From Candidatus Eiseniibacteriota bacterium (GTDB taxonomy: Bacteria; Joyebacterota; Joyebacteria; Joyebacterales; Joyebacteraceae): 32,057 nt of DNA. The DNA is taken from assembly GCA_043819135.1 (NCBI GenBank), contig JBDRFG010000099.1:1-32057 (forward strand), read 5' to 3'. A model generated the notes under the pieces. The model saw nothing but the letters and a program-made list of their open reading frames with translations, did not search any database and was not told the origin of the DNA. Positions 1 to 7,436 of the stretch are shown one piece after another (positions within the stretch are counted from its first letter, which is position 1; every line of letters begins with the position of its first letter). The translations under genes were made by a program, and so were the position numbers.

Positions 1-316
1 CAGCAGGAGGTCCGCAGGCGCACCACACCAATGAGGAGCTTCGCCAACGACAGAAGCTGCCAGAGGATAGTCTATGCAATAGTCGCAGGGGTCGAACCGG
101 ATGTGCCCAGGTGAATCTACACACAACTATGGACACTACCCCGACCGCGAGTGCAGACCGTCGCGCAGGTGTTTGAATCGGGCCAGATCAGGTCCTGTCG
201 AGTGAGCCTCAGGTTGACGCTTTGCCTGGTGAGTGACGTACGCTAGTCTCGGTCTGACAGGGCGCTCTTCGGACAGGCAAAAGGTCCGCAGCAGGTTCTT
301 CAGGAAGGGGGAGTCG

Positions 317-1804
317 ATGCCTCATCGTGACAGGTGGGCGAGCAGGCCGGCGTTCATCATGGCTGCCATAGGCAGCGCCATCGGACTGGGTAACCTCTGG
401 CGCTTTCCCATGGTGGCCTACGAGAACGGCGGGGGCGCGTTTCTCATTCCCTACATCGTTGCGCTCATCACCGCCGGAATCCCGCTCATGATTCTCGAGT
501 ATGCGTTGGGACAGCACTTCCAGGGGTCGTCACCCTTCGCGCTCGGGAAGGTGAAGAAGCCGTTCGCCATGATCGGCTGGTGGGCATTGGGCGTCGGCGC
601 CACCATCTCGTTCTACTACGCGGTCATCATGGGGTGGGCGTGGGACTACCTCGTTTTCTCGTTCACCCAGCCCTGGGCGGGCGGCTCCGAGAACGCGGCG
701 GAGTTCTTCGCCCACGTCCTCAGAAGGACCTCCGGACCCGGTGAGATAGGCGTCATCTCGTGGCCGGTCCTGCTCGGTCTCGTGGTCACGTGGGGATGTA
801 TCTACTGGATCATCAAGAAGGGAGTGCTTCGTGTCGGCAAGGTCGTGATGTTCACCGTGCCTCTCCCAGCGCTCCTTGTCCTGATCATCCTCATCAGGGG
901 GCTGACACTCCCTGGCGCGGCGGAGGGACTCAGGTACTATCTTACTCCCCACTTCTCGGCTCTTCTCAGTGGAAAGACATGGCTGCAGGCGTACGCTCAG
1001 GTCTTCTTCTCGCTCAGTCTCGGCTTCGGGATACTGACGGCATACGCGAGCTACATGCCAAAGCGCTCGGATGTAAGCAATAACGCCTTCATCACCAGCT
1101 TCGCCAACGCGGGTTTCTCTTACTTCGCAGGTTTCTCCGTGTTCAGCGTCCTGGGCTATCTCGCGCAGGCGCAGGGCGTGCCTGTTGCTGAGGTGGTGGA
1201 GGGCGGACCCGGTCTCGCGTTTGTGGTCTATCCGACGGCCATCAGCCTCATGCCCGGGGCGCCGTTCATCGCCGCCGCCTTCTTCCTGACGCTTCTGACC
1301 CTGGGGATCGACTCGGCTTTCTCCATCGTGGAGGGCGTGGTAGCCGGATTGAGAGACAAGTGGAGCGTATCGCAGAGCGCCGCGGCGGGCGGCTTCTGCC
1401 TCTTCGGTTTGCTGGTCGGGCTGCTCTTCACGACCGGTGCCGGCCTCTACTGGCTGGACATCGTCGACCACTGGATGAACAACTACGGACTCGTCGTCGT
1501 CGGCCTCCTCGAGTGCGTCGCAATCGGCTGGTTCTACGGTACGAAGAAGCTAAGGGACTACATAAACGAGGTGTCCGACTTCCGTATCGGCTGGTGGTGG
1601 GACCTCTTCATCAAGTGGATCACGCCCCTCGCGCTGGGGTGGGCACTCGTCGCCAACGTGATCGAGGAGTTCAAGACACCGTATGAGGGCTACCCGACGT
1701 GGGCGCTTATCGCGGGTGGCTGGTCCGTCGTCGCACTCATCATCATCGTCGCCGCGATACTGACCGCCGTTCCAGGGACGAGGCGGGAAAGGGAGGAGAT
1801 GTGA
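317..1804 (+). CDS. Sodium-dependent transporter, neurotransmitter:sodium symporter (NSS/SNF) family
   Basis: N-terminal RDRWASR..GSAIGLGNLWRFP..GGGAFLIPY signature, QVFFSLSLGFG, GPGLAFVVYP and many TM segments. ATG 317 follows a GGGGAG RBS (the track start at 233 is too long). Confidence 0.95.
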   Translation: MPHRDRWASRPAFIMAAIGSAIGLGNLWRFPMVAYENGGGAFLIPYIVALITAGIPLMILEYALGQHFQGSSPFALGKVKKPFAMIGWWALGVGATISFYYAVIMGWAWDYLVFSFTQPWAGGSENAAEFFAHVLRRTSGPGEIGVISWPVLLGLVVTWGCIYWIIKKGVLRVGKVVMFTVPLPALLVLIILIRGLTLPGAAEGLRYYLTPHFSALLSGKTWLQAYAQVFFSLSLGFGILTAYASYMPKRSDVSNNAFITSFANAGFSYFAGFSVFSVLGYLAQAQGVPVAEVVEGGPGLAFVVYPTAISLMPGAPFIAAAFFLTLLTLGIDSAFSIVEGVVAGLRDKWSVSQSAAAGGFCLFGLLVGLLFTTGAGLYWLDIVDHWMNNYGLVVVGLLECVAIGWFYGTKKLRDYINEVSDFRIGWWWDLFIKWITPLALGWALVANVIEEFKTPYEGYPTWALIAGGWSVVALIIIVAAILTAVPGTRREREEM

Positions 1805-1944
1805 TGTCGCTTTCAGCGTGGATCACGAGCATAGCGGTGGGCATCGTTCTCTTCGGTGGCCTCGCGTGGTGCGTCACCATAGCGGTTCGGAAGGAGAGAG
1901 AGAAACATGACCGGGCGGAGCACGGTTCCTCCGAGCCGCAGTAG
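1804..1944 (+). CDS. MetS-like small subunit of the NSS transporter (46 aa, single TM)
   Basis: MSLSAWITSIAVGIVLFGGLAWCVTIAVRK. TGATG overlap with the transporter stop and GGAGGAG RBS. The size, the GGL motif and the position match MetS-type subunits. Confidence 0.8.
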   Translation: MSLSAWITSIAVGIVLFGGLAWCVTIAVRKEREKHDRAEHGSSEPQ

Positions 1945-3328
1945 GCACGCGGCGACACGAACCCGAGGACGGCGAGCGCACATCCTGCTTCTCGCGATCG
2001 CGTTCGGGCTTGCGTTCTCCCTTCTACCCGGTTCGGCCACCGCCCAGACGTGGCCCGGATGGGCCAAGCGGGAGCCAGTGCCCGAGCCCGACTACCCGGA
2101 TGTCACCTTCACGGTTGACCGGCTGGTCGATCGCCTCGGTGCGAGAAACGTGGTCGTCATCGACTGCCGTCCCACATCGTCATATGGAGCCGGGCACCTG
2201 TCGGGCGCCATCTCGTTCCCGTCGGAATCAGCGCCCCGCGTCGAATCGCTCCCCGAGTTGGAACGTCTCCCCGGTGTCCTGGGTGAATTGGGGCTGTCTG
2301 GCGGGGAGTGGCTGGTGTGTTGCGGGGAGGTGTCCTACTCGAGAGATGCCGCGAGGGTCTTCTGGCTTCTGGAGGTCGCGGGGGCGAGCCGCGTGGCCAT
2401 ACTCGACGGTGGGATCGCCAGCTGGCGCGCGGCCGGGCACGAGCTCGTGACGGAGGAGACTCAGCGGCCGCCCGTTGAGTGGACGCGGGAGCTCGCCCCC
2501 GAGCTCCTCGCTACGCGCGAGTACGTCAGGCGGTCGTTCGGGGAACCAGGCGTGGAGCTCATCGACGCGCGGGGCCTGGAGGCATGGCGCGGGACCGCCG
2601 AGCGCGAGTATTGGGGGACGCTGGTGCGAGTCGGGCACATTCCGCACGCGCTGCCGTTTGACTTCACCACGTTCTTTGCTCCGGACGGGAGCTTCCTGGA
2701 GCCATCCGAGACGTGGTCGACCTTCGCGGAACTCGGCCCTCGACCGGCCAATCCCGTGGACCTCTCGGACGAGTTCACGGTCCACGGGTGGGGCGTGGGA
2801 GGCGACGCTGATTCCGGTCAGTGGGGAGAGGATGTGTGGGGAGATGGCCCGCTCGGCTACTTCCTTCTGCGTCGCGCGGGCATCGCTAAGGTGCGTCTCT
2901 ACCCGGGAGCGTGGCGCGACTGGTCGGGGGATCCCTATCTCCCCATCGTCAGGGTAGTGACCGCGGAGGAGCTCATGCACCGGCTCGGCAAGTTGCGTCG
3001 GTGGCTCCGGCCGAACGCTCCGCCCGAGGATTTTGCCTTCTTCGACGTGCGCCATCCTGCGGACCACGCGAGAGGCCACGTCGGTGGTTCAGTCACTCTG
3101 AGGTCCGACTACTTCGCCGACTCGCTCGATGTCAGGCTCGAGCGCTACTGGCCGGACATCGACAGGTCGACGACACCCGTCGTCACCTACTGCTATGGGG
3201 AATCCTGCATTCGCAGCCGGGCCACCTCCACCGCGGCGGCGAGAATGGGATTCGTGTTCGTCGAGCGGTTCTACGGCGGGCTCGATGAATGGCGACTCGT
3301 CGGTGGGAAGCTCGTGCAGGGGGAGTGA
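1907..3328 (+). CDS. Exported multi-domain rhodanese/sulfurtransferase-like protein (three rhodanese domains)
   Basis: Signal-peptide-like LLLAIAFGLAFSLLPGSATA. Rhodanese motifs IDCR..GHLSGA..AARVFW..LDGGIASW, IDAR..GHIPHA..LYPGAWRDW and FDVR..GHVGG..TYCYGESCIRS..FYGGLDEW. Confidence 0.85.
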   Translation: MTGRSTVPPSRSRHAATRTRGRRAHILLLAIAFGLAFSLLPGSATAQTWPGWAKREPVPEPDYPDVTFTVDRLVDRLGARNVVVIDCRPTSSYGAGHLSGAISFPSESAPRVESLPELERLPGVLGELGLSGGEWLVCCGEVSYSRDAARVFWLLEVAGASRVAILDGGIASWRAAGHELVTEETQRPPVEWTRELAPELLATREYVRRSFGEPGVELIDARGLEAWRGTAEREYWGTLVRVGHIPHALPFDFTTFFAPDGSFLEPSETWSTFAELGPRPANPVDLSDEFTVHGWGVGGDADSGQWGEDVWGDGPLGYFLLRRAGIAKVRLYPGAWRDWSGDPYLPIVRVVTAEELMHRLGKLRRWLRPNAPPEDFAFFDVRHPADHARGHVGGSVTLRSDYFADSLDVRLERYWPDIDRSTTPVVTYCYGESCIRSRATSTAAARMGFVFVERFYGGLDEWRLVGGKLVQGE

Positions 3329-3426
3329 TGCGGCTGCCGAACTGCCGCGACGCGCGGGCGGATTCGCCTTGCCGCGAGAGCGGACAGATCGGACGACACG
3401 CGGTGAGAGCGAGCACAGAGAATGAG

Positions 3427-3465
3427 GAACCCGCCTGGCGCATGCAATCCGGGCGGGTTCTCTTT
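3427..3465. terminator. Stem-loop between convergent genes, probable intrinsic terminator
   Basis: GAACCCGCCTGG-loop-CCGGGCGGGTTC followed by TCTTT. Confidence 0.7.
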
Positions 3466-3499
3466 CAGTCAAGCCTGCGTGTTCCGGTACTCCCGGCTT

Positions 3500-4078
3500 C
3501 TAGAAGAGGTTCGCGAAGAAGCCCTTGATCCTGCCCCACGTGCTCGGTTCCACCGGGGTGCCGCCGTTCGTGTGGACGTTGTCCCTGATCTCCTCGACGT
3601 GCCACTCGCCGGCGAATTCCGGCGGGTTGAGGATCGTGACATAGTCACACACCTGGAGGGTGGCGGGCAGCTCGACCAGTGCGCAGTACAGAGGGCTGAC
3701 AACGTGATACTCGGTCCGGCTTCCGGGCAGCCCGACGGGCTCGACGATGAGCTGCTCGCGGGTTCCAACTCTCCAGAGGTAGATGGTTGGACCGGCCCAC
3801 TCGACGTGCTCCCAGACTCCATCGATCTGGATATTCTCACACTCGTCGATGAAGCCGTCGCCGTCAGAATCGTCGTGATCGGTCTGTGTCTGGAAGGTAC
3901 AGGCGACCTCCGGCGGGTAGAGGTTGTGCCACTGCGACCCATCGGGTGACCAGGGGATGTTGGAACGCATCCCGCCGCCGCTCTCACCGGGTGGTACGAC
4001 GAGTTCTCTGATCCTCAGCTCCGCGCTGGCGGGCAGAACCATCATTGCCACGACGAAGACTATGACAATCGCGCGCAT
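3500..4078 (-). CDS. Secreted hypothetical protein with C-terminal TPVEPSTWGRIK putative sorting tail
   Basis: Signal peptide MRAIVIVFVVAMMVLPASA, AAGGAGG RBS, Ca-loop-like DSDGDGFID, 4 Cys and its own promoter upstream. Confidence 0.85.
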   Translation of the reverse strand: MRAIVIVFVVAMMVLPASAELRIRELVVPPGESGGGMRSNIPWSPDGSQWHNLYPPEVACTFQTQTDHDDSDGDGFIDECENIQIDGVWEHVEWAGPTIYLWRVGTREQLIVEPVGLPGSRTEYHVVSPLYCALVELPATLQVCDYVTILNPPEFAGEWHVEEIRDNVHTNGGTPVEPSTWGRIKGFFANLF

Positions 4079-4183
4079 CGTTCTTCCTCCTTCCGCGCGC
4101 CGCGTCCGGCGCGCTGAAATCTCAGCCCAGGGTGAGCGCTCCGTTGCGAACTTCCCTGGGTGAGGCTTGACTGACTCATGATC

Positions 4184-4212
4184 ACAATATCACCGCTCAT
4201 TCCTCACGTCAA
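4184..4212 (-). promoter_or_regulatory. sigma70-type promoter for the 3500-4078 gene
   Basis: Minus strand TTGACG-17 nt-TATTGT with an extended -10 TG. Confidence 0.65.
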
Positions 4213-4317
4213 GGTCAAAATCACGAGGCGCACATGCGACGAGTGGGAAGTAGGGCACCGGGCTCGTCGGGGCGCCTGGCTGGCTCTGATGCGGTATTCG
4301 CGGCATGTGCTTCCGGG

Positions 4318-4434
4318 TCACCCCTGCTCGAAGATCGTCATCAGCTGCGCGCCGGCGGGTGAGACGAAAAAGAGGAGCCCGAAAAGGGCGAGAAAAACGA
4401 CAGCGAACGGGTGGCGACGAGGGCAGTGGGTCAT
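4318..4434 (-). CDS. Small ORF (38 aa): signal peptide plus 9-residue tail QLMTIFEQG
   Basis: AGGAG RBS 6 nt before ATG, basic n-region, hydrophobic core and AGA cleavage site. Candidate promoter TTGACT-17-TAGAGC at 4573-4545. Confidence 0.5.
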   Translation of the reverse strand: MTHCPRRHPFAVVFLALFGLLFFVSPAGAQLMTIFEQG

Positions 4435-4574
4435 GGCGAACTCCTGGCTGGTGGCTCTGGTCTCGGCTGACGTGAACCTGGCGGCCGCCTGGTACCCTGA
4501 CGTCGCGAGCCACCACTGCTGTCTGCTGGTCGGCCACCGTGACGGCTCTATCACGACGCCGATTCGGAGTCAAC

Positions 4575-4634
4575 AAGGAAAAGGGCGCCGGTAGTGCGGA
4601 ATGCTGACAACATTCCATCACTACAGACGCCCTT
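4575..4634 (-). terminator. Long imperfect hairpin with pyrimidine tail downstream of the lipoprotein gene
   Basis: Minus strand AAGGGCGTC/GGCGCCCTT, GTAGTG/CACTAC and GGAATGT/GCATTCC stems, then TTCCTT. Confidence 0.6.
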
Positions 4635-4701
4635 CTGTCTCGTCAGCCGGGTGGCGCCCGTGTCCGCCGCCGCCGGCGGACCAGGCGCCCACGACCGCCG
4701 T

Positions 4702-5124
4702 CTACTTCGTGGAGTCCTCGGTCACATTCGACGCGCTGCTCATGGGGCACGTGCCGGCTGCCTTGCTCGCGCACGAACCGCCCGAATCAGCCGTCCTGGC
4801 CATTCCGGGGCACGTTCCAGCGGCGCCTTCGCACGTCACGGTGCACTCGACGTCGCCTTTGGCGCCTTCGCAGGTCAGCGTGCACTCATCCGTGCCGTCG
4901 TGTCCCTGGCAACGGACTACGTACTCAGAGCTTCCCTCAGCTCCGGAGCACGTTACCGCGCACGTCATGTCGCCGTCCTTGCCCTCGCAGGTGACGGAGA
5001 CTCCCTCCGCGGAGGCGGAGCAGCTGCTGGTCTCAGCCTGCTCGTTGCTCTGTCCGCAGCCTGCCAGCAGCAGGCCGAGGGCGGCCACGATCACGAGCGT
5101 CGCGAGCATGTGTCTGATCTTCAT
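4702..5124 (-). CDS. Cysteine-rich repeat lipoprotein
   Basis: Lipobox LLAG-C, GGAGG RBS, 12 further Cys and five 13-aa VTCEGxxG repeats. Confidence 0.85.
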   Translation of the reverse strand: MKIRHMLATLVIVAALGLLLAGCGQSNEQAETSSCSASAEGVSVTCEGKDGDMTCAVTCSGAEGSSEYVVRCQGHDGTDECTLTCEGAKGDVECTVTCEGAAGTCPGMARTADSGGSCASKAAGTCPMSSASNVTEDSTK

Positions 5125-5226
5125 GCCGTTCCTCCGTCATTGACGTTGCGCCGTCTCCCTCAGCGGGGCGGCGGATTCAGGCGAGCATGGGATGACTTGT
5201 GCAGTCATCTGCTTCTTGTATTTCAC

Positions 5227-5255
5227 AGTCTAGCTAATATCGGGGCGCTGTGCAA
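5227..5255 (-). promoter_or_regulatory. sigma70-type promoter for the lipoprotein gene
   Basis: Minus strand TTGCAC-17 nt-TAGACT (an overlapping TTGACA-17-TATTAG is an alternative). Confidence 0.5.
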
Positions 5256-5572
5256 GTGTCAAGGCGTTCTCGAGCGTGAGGTGAGGTGCATGAGAGGAAG
5301 TCGGGGTGGATCGACGTGGTCGCGGCGCTCGCACGGCGTCCTCACGAGCGGAGGGTGGACAATGACGTCGGTGACGCTCCGTCGTCGCCGACGGACGACA
5401 GCTGTAAGTCACTGACGTTCCATCAATTGCAGTTGCGTAACGGCCTGTGGGCCGCTCGTGGATTACAGATTTGGGGACCGCGGGCACGGAGCGGCAGATG
5501 CGGAGTCTGCGAAGAACCCGTAACAGACTGAGTTGTCGCGGGTTGCAGCTCCGGTGGGTTTGGAGCACGAGT

Positions 5573-5588
5573 CGGCACACACCTTGCC
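5573..5588 (+). promoter_or_regulatory. sigma54 (-24/-12) promoter
   Basis: CGGCACACACCTTGCC matches GGCAC-N5-TTGC with exact GG-N10-GC spacing, inside a long intergenic region. Confidence 0.75.
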
Positions 5589-5743
5589 TTACAGGAGGGC
5601 AGTGCGAGTTGCCGGTCCATCCAAAGCATCTGATGCCCAGAGCGACGATTGGGGCAGCCGATGAAGGGACGCGTCCGCTCGCGACGGCTACGGCAGCAGA
5701 CGTCCGCGATGCAACTTCTTCGACAGAGAGGCTGAGGGTAACG

Positions 5744-6070
5744 ATGGTCTACGAGCTTATGAAACTGGGGCGGCTCCGGTACGTGGGCGAACGGAGCGCG
5801 AAGCTGGTTCACGACAGGTGGCACCAGGATTGCCAGGGATGCGGACTGAATGAGGCGGTCCGAAGAGGTGACGCCGTCGGGTTCGAACCGGACTCACTCG
5901 ACGGGGCGCTCCTCGAGGGGTACGAGTACTGTGAGGCGTGCCATGACAAGACGGAGCCCACCCCGCCCAAATGGGCAGACGTCGCGACGCCGGCGGCAGA
6001 GCACGCGGCATTTGAACAGCAGGCGCTCGCGCAGAGGCGAGAGCGCGAGAAGGCGAGAATCACAGGGTAG
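5744..6070 (+). CDS. Small putative metal-binding protein, Ada zinc-binding-domain-like
   Basis: YVG..SAKLVH..C..VGFEPDSLDGALLEGYEYCEAC resembles the YxG..H..C..F.S..A..GYxxCxxC pattern. GAGGG RBS before ATG 5744 and a terminator downstream. Confidence 0.65.
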   Translation: MVYELMKLGRLRYVGERSAKLVHDRWHQDCQGCGLNEAVRRGDAVGFEPDSLDGALLEGYEYCEACHDKTEPTPPKWADVATPAAEHAAFEQQALAQRREREKARITG

Positions 6071-6139
6071 TCCAACGCGGCTGACGTGGGATGCCCCGCA
6101 GCCAGGCTTCGGTCTGGCAAATTGCGCGCGGCAGCGCGC

Positions 6140-6172
6140 AGGACCGGCCCCGAAAGGGGTCGGTCTGTTTGT
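6140..6172 (+). terminator. Intrinsic terminator
   Basis: GACCGGCCCC-GAAA-GGGGTCGGTC followed by TGTTTGT. Confidence 0.8.
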
Positions 6173-6256
6173 ACGGGGATGACCGGAGGGTGTGGCGGCA
6201 GGGCTTGGAATCAGGCGGAGGCTCGCGCAGCGTCAAGGACGTGTGCCGGACGCCAG

Positions 6257-7423
6257 CTACGCCTCCTGCGGCTCGTCACGGGACTCGAGGTCCCCAAGTC
6301 CGAGGAATGCTTTTGCCCTTCTTGTGTGCTCCACCGTCAGGTCCAGGAAGCCGTGCCCGGCGAGCTGCCGGAGCGTCTCCTCGTAGGCGGTCTTCATCAC
6401 GGCAGGGATCTTCTCAACGTCGCAGATCCCGATGCTCATGGTCCTGGGCCTGAGCAGGATCACGGAGAATCCTCGCCGCGGTCTGTGGCAGTGAAGGAGG
6501 TTGTGGTCGGTGATGGCGCGGCCCTGGATGCTGTTGGAGTAGAGGACGAGATCCATCGGGTGCGAGATCGCCTCCTCCCGGGGAGCGTTGCCGCCGTACC
6601 CCAGGTCGACCGCAATGACCGCCGTGCGGCGTCGCCCGAGTCTGCGCGTTGACTCCCAGTCGTGGAACGCCGTGGCTATGGGAAGATGCTCGACAGTCGC
6701 GCCATCGATGTAGAACCTGCTACCGATCTTCTTCGGGGGCAGCGTTCCAGGAATAGCCATCGACGCTCCGATGGCGTCTGCGACGCTGAGGTCCGGGGAG
6801 GAGGTGGCGGAGAAGACCCACTTGGTCGTCCTCTCCCTGCGCTGGGGCTCCGGTTTGCCGGTTCCTATGTCGAAGGCCACGCACGAGAACGGTGTCGCGA
6901 GGTCGCAGAACCTCGGTACGCCCCCCAGGTGTCGCTGCATGAGTTCATTCAGGTACCCGTCGAGTCTGGTCGAGCCGTAGATGCCGGCGCGCTCGAAGGA
7001 CCGTCCCGCGAGCGCTCGCACCACTTCTCCGGCGACCAGGCGCATCGCCGGATGCCGGGCGGCGAATCCGAACAGCATGTCCGGGTCGGTGATGTCGCGC
7101 ATCACCTGCTCGAGTTCCGACACCGTCAGTCCGGCTGCGTGAAGCCCTCCTATGACGGCGCCGGCCGAAGTGCCGTAGATCCCGGAGACCGGCACGCCGA
7201 GCAGCTCGAGCACTCTGAGCACACTCACGTGGCAGGGCATCGCCATGCCGCCACCCGACAGGGCGACCACGACCTTCTTGTGTCTGAGGAACCTCAAGAG
7301 GGGGGAGAACTGTCCTTTCCACCGCTCGAGGGCGTCTCCCGAGAGGGACGTTCCGCCCCTGGACAGCGGCTCCTGCGGCTGCCGCGCCAGCGAGAACCAG
7401 TCGAAGTCCCTCTCGTTGTTCAT
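6257..7423 (-). CDS. Patatin-like phospholipase family protein
   Basis: ALSGGG, GTSAG nucleophile, ASMAIPG and YIDGA. ATG 7423 follows GGAG. Confidence 0.9.
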   Translation of the reverse strand: MNNERDFDWFSLARQPQEPLSRGGTSLSGDALERWKGQFSPLLRFLRHKKVVVALSGGGMAMPCHVSVLRVLELLGVPVSGIYGTSAGAVIGGLHAAGLTVSELEQVMRDITDPDMLFGFAARHPAMRLVAGEVVRALAGRSFERAGIYGSTRLDGYLNELMQRHLGGVPRFCDLATPFSCVAFDIGTGKPEPQRRERTTKWVFSATSSPDLSVADAIGASMAIPGTLPPKKIGSRFYIDGATVEHLPIATAFHDWESTRRLGRRRTAVIAVDLGYGGNAPREEAISHPMDLVLYSNSIQGRAITDHNLLHCHRPRRGFSVILLRPRTMSIGICDVEKIPAVMKTAYEETLRQLAGHGFLDLTVEHTRRAKAFLGLGDLESRDEPQEA

Positions 7424-7436
7424 CGCCGTCACTCCG

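Noticed and set aside
1..300. Short ORF at 31-114 and a TTGACG..TACGCT promoter
   Set aside because: The ORF has no properly spaced RBS, and the promoter spacer is 19 nt.
530..1471. Long antisense and alternative-frame ORFs here and across the window
   Set aside because: They are shadows of well-supported genes in high-GC DNA.
4204..4320. Selenocysteine readthrough of the TGA ending the 38-aa ORF
   Set aside because: There is no convincing SECIS-like hairpin, the extension looks non-protein-like, and it runs into the next gene's promoter.
5650..5700. c-di-GMP-I or SAM-I riboswitch-like words (GGGCA..GGGACGC..TACGGCAGC)
   Set aside because: Conserved GCAAAC, GCAAAG and tetraloop elements, and the SAM-I core, are missing.
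5931..5945. CxxCH as a cytochrome c motif
   Set aside because: There is no export signal, and the context fits a zinc-binding CxxC.
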